64,000 bases of DNA from Akkermansiaceae bacterium (GCA_903878115.1 CAIRGO010000263.1:28991-92990), one strand, 5' to 3'; counted from the first letter of the stretch, positions 19,728-29,695 are shown. The notes: generated by a model from the letters alone, not told the origin. Numbers and translations: made by a program.

Positions 19728-21176
19728 ATGAAAACACCTCCGCCAAGCTACGATCAATTGATGGGCTTTACTCGTCGTCATTTCCTCGGTTCATCAGGCC
19801 TAGGGCTGGGTGCTATGGCGCTCTCGCACTTGATGGGCAGTGGGAATGCCAGTGCTTCTACTACTGGTGTGCTCGGTGCGCCGCATCATTTTGCGAAAGT
19901 CAAACGTGTGATCTATCTGTTTCAAGCAGGTGGCCCTTCCCATTTGGAAACGTTCGATTTCAAGCCATTGCTCCGCGCGGGACACGGTAAAGCACTGCCA
20001 AAAGAAGTGATCGGTAATCAACGATTATCGACGATGAGTGGCAATCAAAGTTTGCTGCCAATGGCGGGATCATTTGCCAATTTCACCAAAAATGGAAAAT
20101 CAGGAATGGAGATTTCTGACACCTTACCCTACACCAAACAAATCGCTGATGAGATTTGTTTGATCAACACGATGCATACCGAAGCGATCAATCATGATCC
20201 TGCGATTACCTTTTTTTGTTCCGGGAACCAAGTGCCAGGTCGTCCGTCGATGGGGTCTTGGGCATCGTACGGACTTGGTAGTCTTAATCAAAATTTACCT
20301 TCTTTCATTGTATTGGTATCAAAAAATTCTTCACGCGATCAACCTCTCTACACGAGACTCTGGGGGTCTGGTTTTTTGCCGAGCGAACATCAAGGTGTTC
20401 AGTTTCGTGCGGGAAAAGAGCCCGTGCTATATCTAACAAATCCCGAAGGCGTTTCTCCGCATGTCCGTCGTGATATGTTAGATGCACTTGGGAAATTAAA
20501 TCTATCCGAAGCAGAAAAAGAGCTCGATCCTGAAATCAATGCGCGCATAGCTCAAGCGGAGATGGCATTTCGCATGCAGACCAGTGTACCTGATGCTACT
20601 GATCTATCGGATGAAACGGAGGAAACGTTTAACCTCTATGGCCCTGATTCTAAAACGCCTGGTACTTATGCGGCGAATTGTTTGTTAGCCCGGCGCTTGA
20701 TCGAGCGTGATGTGCGCTTTGTGCAATTGTTCCATCAAGGATGGGATCAACATGGTGATGTGGTGGGAGGCATTACGCGTCAATGTAAGCAGACCGACCA
20801 AGCATCGGCCGCGCTGGTCATCGATCTAAAACGTCGCGGTTTGTTAGAAGATACTCTCGTTGTTTGGGGTGGTGAATTTGGCCGCACTGCCTATTCACAA
20901 GGGAAAATGAGTGCCAATAATTATGGTCGTGATCATCATCCACGCTGCTTCAGCATTTGGCTAGCGGGTGGGGGAGTGAAAGGCGGGCTCACCCATGGCA
21001 AGACCGATGACTACGGTTACAACATTCTCGATGGCGGCGTTCATGTGCACGATTTGCACGCGACGATGCTGCATTTGATGGGGGTGGAGCACGAGAAACT
21101 CGTTTACAAATTCCAAGGCCGTTATTTCCGCCTCACCGACATTGCGGGTAATGTGGTGAAGCCGATCCTAGCGTGA
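19728..21176 (+). CDS. DUF1501 domain protein (sulfatase/phosphatase-like fold) with twin-arginine signal
   Basis: TRRHFLGSSGLGLGAMA TAT signal. WGGEFGRT and GRDHHP motifs typical of DUF1501. It starts 11 nt after the PSCyt/DUF1553 gene. Confidence 0.85.
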   Translation: MKTPPPSYDQLMGFTRRHFLGSSGLGLGAMALSHLMGSGNASASTTGVLGAPHHFAKVKRVIYLFQAGGPSHLETFDFKPLLRAGHGKALPKEVIGNQRLSTMSGNQSLLPMAGSFANFTKNGKSGMEISDTLPYTKQIADEICLINTMHTEAINHDPAITFFCSGNQVPGRPSMGSWASYGLGSLNQNLPSFIVLVSKNSSRDQPLYTRLWGSGFLPSEHQGVQFRAGKEPVLYLTNPEGVSPHVRRDMLDALGKLNLSEAEKELDPEINARIAQAEMAFRMQTSVPDATDLSDETEETFNLYGPDSKTPGTYAANCLLARRLIERDVRFVQLFHQGWDQHGDVVGGITRQCKQTDQASAALVIDLKRRGLLEDTLVVWGGEFGRTAYSQGKMSANNYGRDHHPRCFSIWLAGGGVKGGLTHGKTDDYGYNILDGGVHVHDLHATMLHLMGVEHEKLVYKFQGRYFRLTDIAGNVVKPILA

Positions 21177-21178
21177 TG

Positions 21179-22477
21179 TTAGAGTGCGCTGAATTTTTGA
21201 TCGAGAAATTGTAGGATCAGTGTCTCCGTTGCTTCGTGGTCGATGCGAGAAAATACCTCGATGCAGAAACCACGGGCAATCAATTGTCGGGCGGTATCTG
21301 CATGGATACCACGCGCGCGCAGGTAAAATATTTCCTCCTCGCTGATTTGTGAGCTAGTGCTGCCGTGACTGCATTTCACATCATCGGCATTGATTTCCAA
21401 TCCTGGCATGGAGTTGGCTTCGCAGGTGTTCGACATCAACAAATTCCGACACGTTTGATAGGCATCAGTGCGGTGGGCACCTTCGTCAACCGAAATGAGA
21501 CCAGAGAATATCGTGCGCGATTCATCGTATAAGGCATTTTTATACAATAAGTCCGAGTAGGCACCAGGAGAAACGTGGTGTTGGAAAGTGCGTTGATCAT
21601 ATTCTTGATCGCCTGATGGCACAGATACGGCGAGCATGTAGGATCGCGCTGCTTCACCTTCTAAACGAGAAAGTGATTCTGCGCGGGCCCATGATGCACC
21701 AGTGCTGAGGAGGAAGTTGCAGCTTGTTGCTTCTGCTGCGACGGTATTTTCGTTGATGGTGATGATTTTGCTAACGGCATTCATCGCTTGAATGGCCACG
21801 TAGTTGAGCGATGAATGTTTCCCGGTAATCAAATCATTCACAGCAATCGCGAGAGTATTATCCTTGGAGCTGACCGATTGAAATGTTTCGATTACCCGAA
21901 CCTTGGCGTTGGTGCCTGTTACGATTAATGTGTGTGGGAAAGTCGTGGTATTTTCTCCATGGAACCAATGATGGATTTCGATTGGCTCAGCAACCTCAGT
22001 GTGATCAGGCACATGGATGAAAACGCCGTTGCGCAATTGTGATGCGTGAAGAGCAGAAAATTTTGCAGAGCCTAGTTGTGATTCGCGTCGCATGAAATAT
22101 GCTTCGACCAGATCAGAATGCTTTATCAGCGCTTCTTCTAACGAAAGAAAAATTACGTTCTCTGGCAAATTACTTTGTTGATGAATGACCTCACCGTTAG
22201 CGAAAATGATTTTCGCAGAGGGAGTCGTGTTGCTGGCAGACGCTTGGATCAATGCTTCAGCATCACAGTTCACATCCGTTGCGGGCAACGTATAATCGGC
22301 AAAATTTAATTCGCTGATGGTGGAAAAACGCCAAGTTTCATCCCCGCGTTTCGGTGAAGGTATGGCAAGGAATTTTTCCCACGCTGCTTGCTGGCGCCGA
22401 GCAAACCATTCGGGGTAAATCGCTGGCGTTCGTTGCTGAGTGGTGAGGATTGATGGTAAAGAAATCGCTGTAGGCAT
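21179..22477 (-). CDS. sufD: Fe-S cluster assembly protein SufD
   Basis: 432-aa SufB/SufD-family beta-helix protein, with WRFSTISEL near the N-terminus and a C-terminal EEEIFYLRARGI...ARQLIARGF motif. Same strand as sufC/sufB. Confidence 0.85.
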   Translation of the reverse strand: MPTAISLPSILTTQQRTPAIYPEWFARRQQAAWEKFLAIPSPKRGDETWRFSTISELNFADYTLPATDVNCDAEALIQASASNTTPSAKIIFANGEVIHQQSNLPENVIFLSLEEALIKHSDLVEAYFMRRESQLGSAKFSALHASQLRNGVFIHVPDHTEVAEPIEIHHWFHGENTTTFPHTLIVTGTNAKVRVIETFQSVSSKDNTLAIAVNDLITGKHSSLNYVAIQAMNAVSKIITINENTVAAEATSCNFLLSTGASWARAESLSRLEGEAARSYMLAVSVPSGDQEYDQRTFQHHVSPGAYSDLLYKNALYDESRTIFSGLISVDEGAHRTDAYQTCRNLLMSNTCEANSMPGLEINADDVKCSHGSTSSQISEEEIFYLRARGIHADTARQLIARGFCIEVFSRIDHEATETLILQFLDQKFSAL

Positions 22478-22504
22478 GGTAAAAAATGATAATAAATGGA
22501 AATT

Positions 22505-22957
22505 TTATGGGAGGTGGTTGGCTAGATCAGCCAAGTCTTTGGGCCGTCCCGAGGCGAGTTTGTTTTTCTTTAGGTCAGGCAATGATATCAGAGGGATATG
22601 AATTTCGTTAGAGATAATCCAGTAAGATTTTTCAGCATAACACTCCGCAAAATTCACGCCGGGAATGGATACGAAAATTTCGATTTTCCATGGTGGATTA
22701 CCCATGCGGACAATACCATCGGCGCGCATGAAAAGTTCTTTTGTTAGCGTTGGAGTATCAAAGCCAAACTGGTGTAGAGCAGCGACAATTTTATCAGCAT
22801 TTTCGGCTGAATTTTCTACCCAAAAATCAATATACTCGGTGTTACGTGGTCTTCCATAGTAAGAGACCGCGTAACCGCCAATCAGTAGATATTTTACGTC
22901 GCTTTGATTAAACAACTGACAAAATTCTCTGAAGTCCCTGTGGAGAGGATTGTTCAT
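22505..22957 (-). CDS. Nucleotidyltransferase-fold protein (uncharacterised family), inserted within the suf operon
   Basis: VKYLLIGGYAVSYYGRPRNTEYIDFWV matches the hGG...DxD-type minimal NTase pattern. The C-terminus reads LPDLKKNKLASGRPKDLADL. It is paralogous in pattern to the 244-aa protein at 38199..38933. Confidence 0.6.
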   Translation of the reverse strand: MNNPLHRDFREFCQLFNQSDVKYLLIGGYAVSYYGRPRNTEYIDFWVENSAENADKIVAALHQFGFDTPTLTKELFMRADGIVRMGNPPWKIEIFVSIPGVNFAECYAEKSYWIISNEIHIPLISLPDLKKNKLASGRPKDLADLANHLP

Positions 22958-23099
22958 CGGGGTAGGATTGTTGGCGCAGGGTTTCTAACAAAATCATGCG
23001 TTCTTCTGGAGTCATGCTCATCCATTGTTGACGTTCATTTGTCTCGGCTTCCTCAAAGGAATCAAAGACTTCAAACGTGAACTTTTTGGGGTCGGGCAT
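22908..23099 (-). CDS. Small hypothetical protein (63 aa), upstream partner of the NTase-fold protein
   Basis: WMSMTPEERMILLETL motif is shared with the 105-aa protein at 37885..38202 (WYCMSPEARFAASQKL). It overlaps the next gene by 50 nt in another frame. Confidence 0.45.
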   Translation of the reverse strand: MPDPKKFTFEVFDSFEEAETNERQQWMSMTPEERMILLETLRQQSYPDEQSSPQGLQRILSVV

Positions 23100-23131
23100 A
23101 GGAATAAAAATAAAGATTTACGATTACTAGC

Positions 23132-24571
23132 TTAGCCAACACTGCCTTCCATTTCTAGGTCGATGAGGCGTTTGAGTTCTACGCTATATTCCATGGGGAA
23201 TTCTCTCACCAAATCATTGATGAAACCGTTCACTGCTAGCGACATCGCTGCTCCTTCGCTGATGCCGCGTTGCATCATATAAAACAACATCTCTTGCGAG
23301 ACTTGACTAACACTGGCTTCGTGTTGTGTGGCGTGTTGGTTTCCTTTCACGGTGATCGCAGGATACGTATCCGTCCGTGATTTGGTGTTGATCAGCAAGG
23401 CGTCACACTCGGTATTATTTTTGCATCCTTTCAAATGCTTGGGAATGTGAACTTGTCCGCGATAGGTAGAACGACCCGTTCCCACAGAAATCGATTTTGA
23501 TACTACGTTGCTAGTAGTTTCGTCGGCGGCATGAATCATTTTAGCGCCGGTATCTTGGTGCTGCCCGGTGTTTGCCAGAGCGATCGAGATCACTTCACCG
23601 CGTGCTTTACGGCCTTTCATGATCACACCTGGATACTTCATCGTGAGACGCGAACCAATGTTGCAATCGATCCAGCGGACCTCTGCGTTTTCCATGGCGA
23701 TGCCGCGCTTGGTGACGAGATTAAACACGTTGGACGACCAGTTTTGCACGGTGACGTATTGAATTTTAGCGCCTTTGAGAGCGACCAGTTCTACCACAGC
23801 TGAGTGCAGTGTGGCGGTCTCGAACTTCGGTGCGGTGCAACCCTCCATGTACATCAACTCGGATCCTTCATCGGCGATGATCAAGGTGCGCTCGAACTGG
23901 CCAAAATTTTCCGAATTGATGCGGAAATACGCTTGTAGAGGTTGTTTGAGTTTCAGCCCCTTAGGAATGTAAATGAATGATCCTCCCGAAAATACGGCAG
24001 AGTTCAATGCGGAAAATTTATTGTCACCAGTAGGGATGACTTTGCCGAACCATGGGCGAAAAATTTCTTCATGCTCTTTCAGTCCTTCTGCTGAGTTGAC
24101 GAAAATTACGCCTTGTTTGCTGAGTTCTTCTTTGACATTGGAGTAAGCAGCTTCTGAGTCGAACTGCGCTTCCACACCTGCGAGAAAGGCGCGTTCTTGC
24201 TGTGGAATTCCTAGTCTTTCAAACGTTTCTAAAATGTCAGCAGGCACATCATCCCATGAACGCTTTGGTTTTTCTCCATCGGAGAGGTAATAGCGGATTT
24301 CATCAAAGTTGATGTTGTTGAGATCTTCTGTCGCCCAGTTGGTGGGCATTGGTTTATCGCGAAAAACTTTTAGCGCGCGGTGACGAAATTCGCGAACCCA
24401 ATCAGGATCGTTTTTGACGTCGCTAATGTAGTCGACGGTTTTTTCTGATAGGCCGCGACCGGCGTCAAATTTATTGCGCTCTGGGAAAGTGAAGTCGCCA
24501 ATGGAGCGGTCGATATTGACAGCCTCTGCGGTGTCAGTATCAAGTGTTTCTGGTAAGTAATCGAGAGACAT
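23132..24571 (-). CDS. sufB: Fe-S cluster assembly protein SufB
   Basis: 479 aa. Typical SufB sequence throughout, for example [16 protein letters not shown] and [22 protein letters not shown]. Confidence 0.95.
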   Translation of the reverse strand: MSLDYLPETLDTDTAEAVNIDRSIGDFTFPERNKFDAGRGLSEKTVDYISDVKNDPDWVREFRHRALKVFRDKPMPTNWATEDLNNINFDEIRYYLSDGEKPKRSWDDVPADILETFERLGIPQQERAFLAGVEAQFDSEAAYSNVKEELSKQGVIFVNSAEGLKEHEEIFRPWFGKVIPTGDNKFSALNSAVFSGGSFIYIPKGLKLKQPLQAYFRINSENFGQFERTLIIADEGSELMYMEGCTAPKFETATLHSAVVELVALKGAKIQYVTVQNWSSNVFNLVTKRGIAMENAEVRWIDCNIGSRLTMKYPGVIMKGRKARGEVISIALANTGQHQDTGAKMIHAADETTSNVVSKSISVGTGRSTYRGQVHIPKHLKGCKNNTECDALLINTKSRTDTYPAITVKGNQHATQHEASVSQVSQEMLFYMMQRGISEGAAMSLAVNGFINDLVREFPMEYSVELKRLIDLEMEGSVG

Positions 24572-24598
24572 GGGGATAGAGAGTTATGGATTTGCTAC

Positions 24599-25351
24599 TT
24601 AAACAGTAGCCAGTTCTTTTAAGAAATCGTAACCGTTTTCTTCCAGTTCTAGTGCAAGTTCAGGGCCGCCAGAACGAACGATTTGGCCAGCAGCCATGAC
24701 GTGCACGTAATCGGGTGCAATGTAGTCGAGCAAGCGCTGATAGTGGGTGATCATCAGAATGCCGCGCTCGTGCGAACGCATCGCATTGACGCCTTTGGCG
24801 ACGATTTTCAAGGCATCGATATCAAGGCCTGAATCAGTTTCATCTAAGATCGCATACTTAGGTTCTAACATCATCATTTGCAAAATTTCGTTGCGCTTCT
24901 TTTCTCCACCAGAAAAACCTTCATTCACGGCACGCGCTGTGAATTTGCGATCCATCTCTAACAAATCCATTTTGCTGTAGAGATTCTTGTAGTAAGCCAC
25001 GGCATCGATCTCCACGCCTTTGGGCAAACGAGCTTGTAGTGCGGCGCGGATAAAATTGGCATTCGAAACACCTGGCACTTCAGCAGGATACTGGAATGCG
25101 AGGAAAACTCCTGCACGTGAGCGCTGATCGATGTCCATTTCTAGAATGTCAAGGCCATCTAGAGTTACCGAACCTTCAGTAACAAGGTAGCCTTCGTGAC
25201 CAGCAACGACTTTCGAGAGTGTTGATTTCCCCGATCCGTTCGGGCCCATGATGGCGTGTACTTCGCCAGCAGGGATTTCCAGATTGACGCCTTTGAGGAT
25301 CGGCGTGCCGTCTTCGAGAGTTGCGTGTAGATTTTCGATAAGTAGTGACAT
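24599..25351 (-). CDS. sufC: Fe-S cluster assembly ATPase SufC
   Basis: Walker [10 protein letters not shown], signature [13 protein letters not shown], Walker [13 protein letters not shown]-loop ITHY. Confidence 0.95.
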   Translation of the reverse strand: MSLLIENLHATLEDGTPILKGVNLEIPAGEVHAIMGPNGSGKSTLSKVVAGHEGYLVTEGSVTLDGLDILEMDIDQRSRAGVFLAFQYPAEVPGVSNANFIRAALQARLPKGVEIDAVAYYKNLYSKMDLLEMDRKFTARAVNEGFSGGEKKRNEILQMMMLEPKYAILDETDSGLDIDALKIVAKGVNAMRSHERGILMITHYQRLLDYIAPDYVHVMAAGQIVRSGGPELALELEENGYDFLKELATV

Positions 25352-25378
25352 AATATTGGAAGAATAGAAGATTGTAAA

Positions 25379-25801
25379 TTAGGCGAGTGATCCGCGTAGA
25401 GTTAGCTCGATGTTGGTGATTTGAGTGCCGGCAGGAAGTTCGAGAAAATCTTCCAGTTTCACACCAGGTTTGAAGGTGATGTCATGGATTTTTCCTGTAC
25501 TATGATCGTGAAAATGCCCATGTTCGTGAAGGTTAGGGCAATAACGACACGACTCGCGGTCAAAGTGCACTTGGCGAATGATGCCGTGCTGAACCAGCGC
25601 TTCGAGACAGTTATAGACCGTTGCCAGAGAGATTTGAGGCAATTTGTCTTTCACTTCCATGAATACATCTTGTGCCGTCGGGTGCACACGATTTTCCATC
25701 AGTGATTTATAGACTTCACGGCGCTGACGCGTCATGCGCAATCCGTTGATTTCCGCAGGGAAATTCTCGGCATCGGGGATATTTTCAGAGTTGCTAACCA
25801 T
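25379..25801 (-). CDS. Fur family transcriptional regulator (Fur/PerR-like), first gene of the suf operon
   Basis: RMTRQRREVYKSL winged-helix N-terminus. Metal-site residues HFDRESCRYCPNLHEHGHFHDH. It lies 27 nt upstream of sufC on the same strand. Confidence 0.85.
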   Translation of the reverse strand: MVSNSENIPDAENFPAEINGLRMTRQRREVYKSLMENRVHPTAQDVFMEVKDKLPQISLATVYNCLEALVQHGIIRQVHFDRESCRYCPNLHEHGHFHDHSTGKIHDITFKPGVKLEDFLELPAGTQITNIELTLRGSLA

Positions 25802-25838
25802 GTTGGGTGGCGAAACCTAGCCCAACTTTTCAAAAGAT

Positions 25839-25853
25839 CAAGAATGATTCTTA
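25839..25853 (-). promoter_or_regulatory. Candidate Fur-family 7-1-7 box upstream of the fur-like/suf operon
   Basis: On the coding strand it reads TAAGAATcATTCTTG. That is 6 of 7 inverted-repeat matches with an AATnATT core, as in the Bacillus Fur/PerR/Zur 7-1-7 boxes. It lies 38-52 nt upstream of the ATG at 25801. Confidence 0.45.
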
Positions 25854-25869
25854 TTTTTATTACTATTTT

Positions 25870-26478
25870 TTAATAGCCCTTCCAAAACAGGATCGCACAG
25901 GTGAGAACGGCCACGCCATAGGCTAGACCACCAACACAGAGAGCCTTCCAGCGGCTCTGGCTTGCGGTGGCCCAAGTGACAGCATCACGGAACATGTAGG
26001 GCATACCAACCCAGAACAGTGAGCAAATCACCAGTCCGTATGTCCAGATCGGAACGAGAAGCCTAGTTTCCGGGTCTTTTAAATCGGAGGCGCGGAACAG
26101 TAATTCCGCTATGAGCAACCCCAACAAACCTAAGGCGCGTACGGATAAAAATTCTTTGATCGAATAGGCCACAAGAACAAATAACACGGGCATCAGCAAC
26201 CTCAGCCATGGCTTTACCGCATTGAATTCCGTCATATCCATCGCTAGCGAGCTTACCCATCCTTTTCCTTCAGGTGCGATCAATAGCCAAAACCAAAGAA
26301 ATCCGATGCCGAGAATGATTTGCCCGATTTTTTGATTGCGCGGAAAGCTGACGAGAAATTTCTGCGCACATTCTGCGCGAAAGAGCAACAGCGCATGGCC
26401 AACGATCAGCAGTATGCCAAAAACGATACCTGTTTGATGGAGAGAAAGGCGTTCATAGGCGTGCATCGCAGAATTCAT
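25870..26478 (-). CDS. Hypothetical integral membrane protein (about 6 TM)
   Basis: Hydrophobic 202-aa ORF. No family recognised. Confidence 0.55.
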   Translation of the reverse strand: MNSAMHAYERLSLHQTGIVFGILLIVGHALLLFRAECAQKFLVSFPRNQKIGQIILGIGFLWFWLLIAPEGKGWVSSLAMDMTEFNAVKPWLRLLMPVLFVLVAYSIKEFLSVRALGLLGLLIAELLFRASDLKDPETRLLVPIWTYGLVICSLFWVGMPYMFRDAVTWATASQSRWKALCVGGLAYGVAVLTCAILFWKGY

Positions 26479-26544
26479 GGCGAGGTGGTAATACGTTAGC
26501 AGGTTACGTGGTGCAAGACTAATCGACTCGGTAAAATCATCTGA

Positions 26545-27138
26545 TTACAATACGTCACGCACCCAAAAATGCAGGGTATTTTGTTGTTCTTCCTTATGGC
26601 CAATTTCCTGCCATGCGAGATTTGCTGATAATTCACGGTGTTCTTGATAACCGCGTTTTTGCCAGAGATGTTCATTGCTGCGATAGTTCGTTGGACGCAG
26701 AGCGTGGGTTTCTGGGCGGTCAACCGCGCAAAAAGCGGTCGTCGTATAACCTAGCTTTTTTGCATGGCCTTCGCGATGGTCAAAAAAAGCATGCCCGATA
26801 CCGCGTCCACGATACTCGCTGAGAAGCACGGATTCACCCAAATAAAAAATCGTTTCTAGCGGCCAAGCATGATTGCTGAATGCTCGTTGAAATGCTGCGT
26901 CTGCTGATGACAATGGCAGCCCAGTCGAGACGCCAATGATTTCGTCGTCTGCATACGCCAGCACAAAGATGCTTTGCTCGCACTGACTGTAGCAACGCAG
27001 ATAATCATTCTCGTAGGCAAGATCCCCATCGTAAAGGTAGGGGTATTCACGAAAAACCTCGATGCGCAGACGTGCTGCAGCATCGAGGTAGGGTAAAATG
27101 TCCTTTCCGCTCTTGGTGACGATCGAGATCTTCTTCAC
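26545..27138 (-). CDS. GNAT family N-acetyltransferase
   Basis: LLSEYRGRGIGHAFF matches the acetyl-CoA binding motif (Q/RxxGxG/A). Size and secondary-structure pattern are typical of GNAT proteins. Confidence 0.75.
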   Translation of the reverse strand: MKKISIVTKSGKDILPYLDAAARLRIEVFREYPYLYDGDLAYENDYLRCYSQCEQSIFVLAYADDEIIGVSTGLPLSSADAAFQRAFSNHAWPLETIFYLGESVLLSEYRGRGIGHAFFDHREGHAKKLGYTTTAFCAVDRPETHALRPTNYRSNEHLWQKRGYQEHRELSANLAWQEIGHKEEQQNTLHFWVRDVL

Positions 27139-27165
27139 AAGAACGGATGGATGGGCGTGTCGTTC

Positions 27166-29529
27166 TTAGAACTTGTAGTCCAGATAGAAGTTGAACTGTC
27201 CGCCTTTATCCGCTTCTGCATCAGGAGCTTCTACTGGCAAAGCATAGTCAAATGCCAGTGGACCAAACGGTAAGTTCAGACGAAGTCCTACGCCGTAGTC
27301 GGAGTAGTAATCACCGGGGCTGAAATCGAAGGAGTCTTCATTGACAAAACCTGCATCATAAAACACCGCGCCGCGCACTTGCTCGAACAAGGGCACCGTG
27401 TATTCCACGGAAAGCCAGCCCATCGAGTTGCCACCGATCACCTCTTTCGAGGTTGCATCACGAGGTCCGACATCACGGAACTCAAATCCACGCAGTGTGC
27501 GAGGTCCACCGAGATATTGGCGATCGAAGATCGGCACATCATCATCATCGGTGCTATCCACCATGCCTACTTCACCGGTTACGGAGAGAATGCTATCCCA
27601 TGCGAGGTTCCAGTATTTCTGTCCGGCTGCGGAGAAGGTTACGGTATTAACGTCACCGCCGAGACCTGCATAGTTGATTCCGAGATCAACCTTGTGGCCC
27701 TCGCGAGGGATTTGGTTACTATCACGACTGTCATAAACGTAGTTCAGCGCGAATGAGCTGCGGAGGTAGCTATCATCCAAGGCTTGGAAATAGGTGGCAT
27801 TTGGACCATCCTCAATATCAAGTTCGATATTTTCAAAGCGATATTCACCTTTCAAATAGGCCTTTTCACCCAGTGGTTGGCGTAAAAAGATCGCCGCGCC
27901 AATGTTCGTTTGATTGTAGAAATCACTGAAGAAAAGTGCATTGCGATAGAATACTTCGCCGCCCAGTGAAAGTTTGCGATCAAGGAACCATGGCTCTACG
28001 AGAGACATGGAAAAATCACGCCGCTGTTGTCCAGCGCGCAGACTGGCGGAGAAACGTTGGCCGCCACCAGTGAAATTCCATGGATTGAGAAGATCAAAGT
28101 TGGTCTGCTCCACATTGACATAACCAACGATGCTATCAATGTTGCTGAATCCTACACCGAAGCTGAGCGAGCCAGTTTTCTTTTCATCAACCAAAATGTT
28201 GAGGTCGCGATAGCCGCCACTGCCTGGAACGGCACTGACTTGAGCGTCATTGAAATAGTTCAAGTTTTTGAGACGAGTGCGCGTGGTGTCGACGTCCACA
28301 GAGTTGAACCAGTCGCCTGGCTTGAGCGGAACTTCACGGCGGATCACTTTGTCTTTTGATTTTGTGTTGCCTGTAATGTTGACACGTCCCACACGATTGC
28401 GGCTGCCTTCAGTGATGCGGTAGGTGATTTGAACAGTGTTGTTAGAAGCATTACGAATGTCTGGCACAACCGTTGCATCTGCGTAACCACGAGATCCATA
28501 GTAACTGCGGATTTGCTCAATGTCCGCGCGCATTTTTTTCGAGGAATAAGCATCACCGCTGACGAGCGTGAGCGCTGGATAAAGTTCCTCTGGTTTGAAA
28601 ACTGTCATAGTGCCAAAGCCAGCGCCTTGCACGGTGTAACGTGCGCCTTCGTTGATCGGGATCACTAAATCCATCTTGCCATCGCCTGTAGGAACGCGCT
28701 GGATGCCAGAGCTGGAGACGCGGAGATAACCTTTGTTGCGGTAATAATCGAGAATTTCTTCAAGGTCTTCGTCTAACTGATTGCCTTCGACGCGGCCAGA
28801 CTTCGTGATGATGGAGAAGATGCTCTTCTGCTTGGTTTTCATCACTTTTTTCAAATCAGGGGCAGAAATATTGTTGTTGCCCTCGAAGCGGATTTTACGC
28901 ACTTCGTTTTTCATGCCTTCATCGATGAGGAAAATCAGCGAGGCGCCACCACCTTCGCCAGGTTGCATGCGGTGAGTTACAGACACATCAGGATAACCGT
29001 AGCCTTGGTAGTAGGCTTCGATATTGCGGCGTGCAGTTAAAATTTGTTCGTCACTCAGCGGGCCGCCAGCCTTGAGCTTGGATTCTTTGGCGAGTTTGCC
29101 ATCGCTGAAAATACTATTGCCGACAAAGCCCACGGAGTCGAGCGGGGGACGAGTGGTAACTTCAGCAATCAATTTCACCCCATTACCAACTGGTTCTGCA
29201 AGCCAACGCACGTCGTCGACTTTGCCCGATTCATAGAGTTTCTTAATATCGGAATCGAGTTTTTCGGTGTTGTATGCTTGCCCTGCGCGAGTGCTCAAGT
29301 AGCCGCGAATCGCCGCTTCATCTACTGTTTTCTTTCCAAGATAACGGATTTCTACGTTGGTGATATTTTTGCCTTCGAAATCGACTTGCCCCATGGAAAC
29401 AAGAGGAGCGCAGCAAAGGAGTGCGGTGAGGAACATCGCAGGCTTGCGTGAGCCACGCAGCGAATCAGTGATTGGAGAAAATGGCAGTGATTTCATAAAT
29501 GCTTCGTAATTCTTAATGAACAAGCTCAT
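27166..29529 (-). CDS. bamA: Outer membrane protein assembly factor BamA (Omp85 family)
   Basis: Repeated POTRA-like segments (VRKIRFEGNNNIS, VGRVNITGNTKSKDKVIRREV). C-terminal beta-barrel with RTLRGF, ending in the aromatic signature YLDYKF. Confidence 0.88.
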   Translation of the reverse strand: MSLFIKNYEAFMKSLPFSPITDSLRGSRKPAMFLTALLCCAPLVSMGQVDFEGKNITNVEIRYLGKKTVDEAAIRGYLSTRAGQAYNTEKLDSDIKKLYESGKVDDVRWLAEPVGNGVKLIAEVTTRPPLDSVGFVGNSIFSDGKLAKESKLKAGGPLSDEQILTARRNIEAYYQGYGYPDVSVTHRMQPGEGGGASLIFLIDEGMKNEVRKIRFEGNNNISAPDLKKVMKTKQKSIFSIITKSGRVEGNQLDEDLEEILDYYRNKGYLRVSSSGIQRVPTGDGKMDLVIPINEGARYTVQGAGFGTMTVFKPEELYPALTLVSGDAYSSKKMRADIEQIRSYYGSRGYADATVVPDIRNASNNTVQITYRITEGSRNRVGRVNITGNTKSKDKVIRREVPLKPGDWFNSVDVDTTRTRLKNLNYFNDAQVSAVPGSGGYRDLNILVDEKKTGSLSFGVGFSNIDSIVGYVNVEQTNFDLLNPWNFTGGGQRFSASLRAGQQRRDFSMSLVEPWFLDRKLSLGGEVFYRNALFFSDFYNQTNIGAAIFLRQPLGEKAYLKGEYRFENIELDIEDGPNATYFQALDDSYLRSSFALNYVYDSRDSNQIPREGHKVDLGINYAGLGGDVNTVTFSAAGQKYWNLAWDSILSVTGEVGMVDSTDDDDVPIFDRQYLGGPRTLRGFEFRDVGPRDATSKEVIGGNSMGWLSVEYTVPLFEQVRGAVFYDAGFVNEDSFDFSPGDYYSDYGVGLRLNLPFGPLAFDYALPVEAPDAEADKGGQFNFYLDYKF

Positions 29530-29695
29530 CAGACTGTCTCAAGACGCATCCGTCAAGGCGGAATATTGGATTTCTTTCATAATTTTGACGCTCGGTGCTC
29601 AGATACTGTGAGACCCGGAGGCAAGCCGTCCGCAATCCCAAGTATTCTTTAGAATTTGCGCTCGCTTATGAAAAGCGATTTGTTATCTTTTTCTC

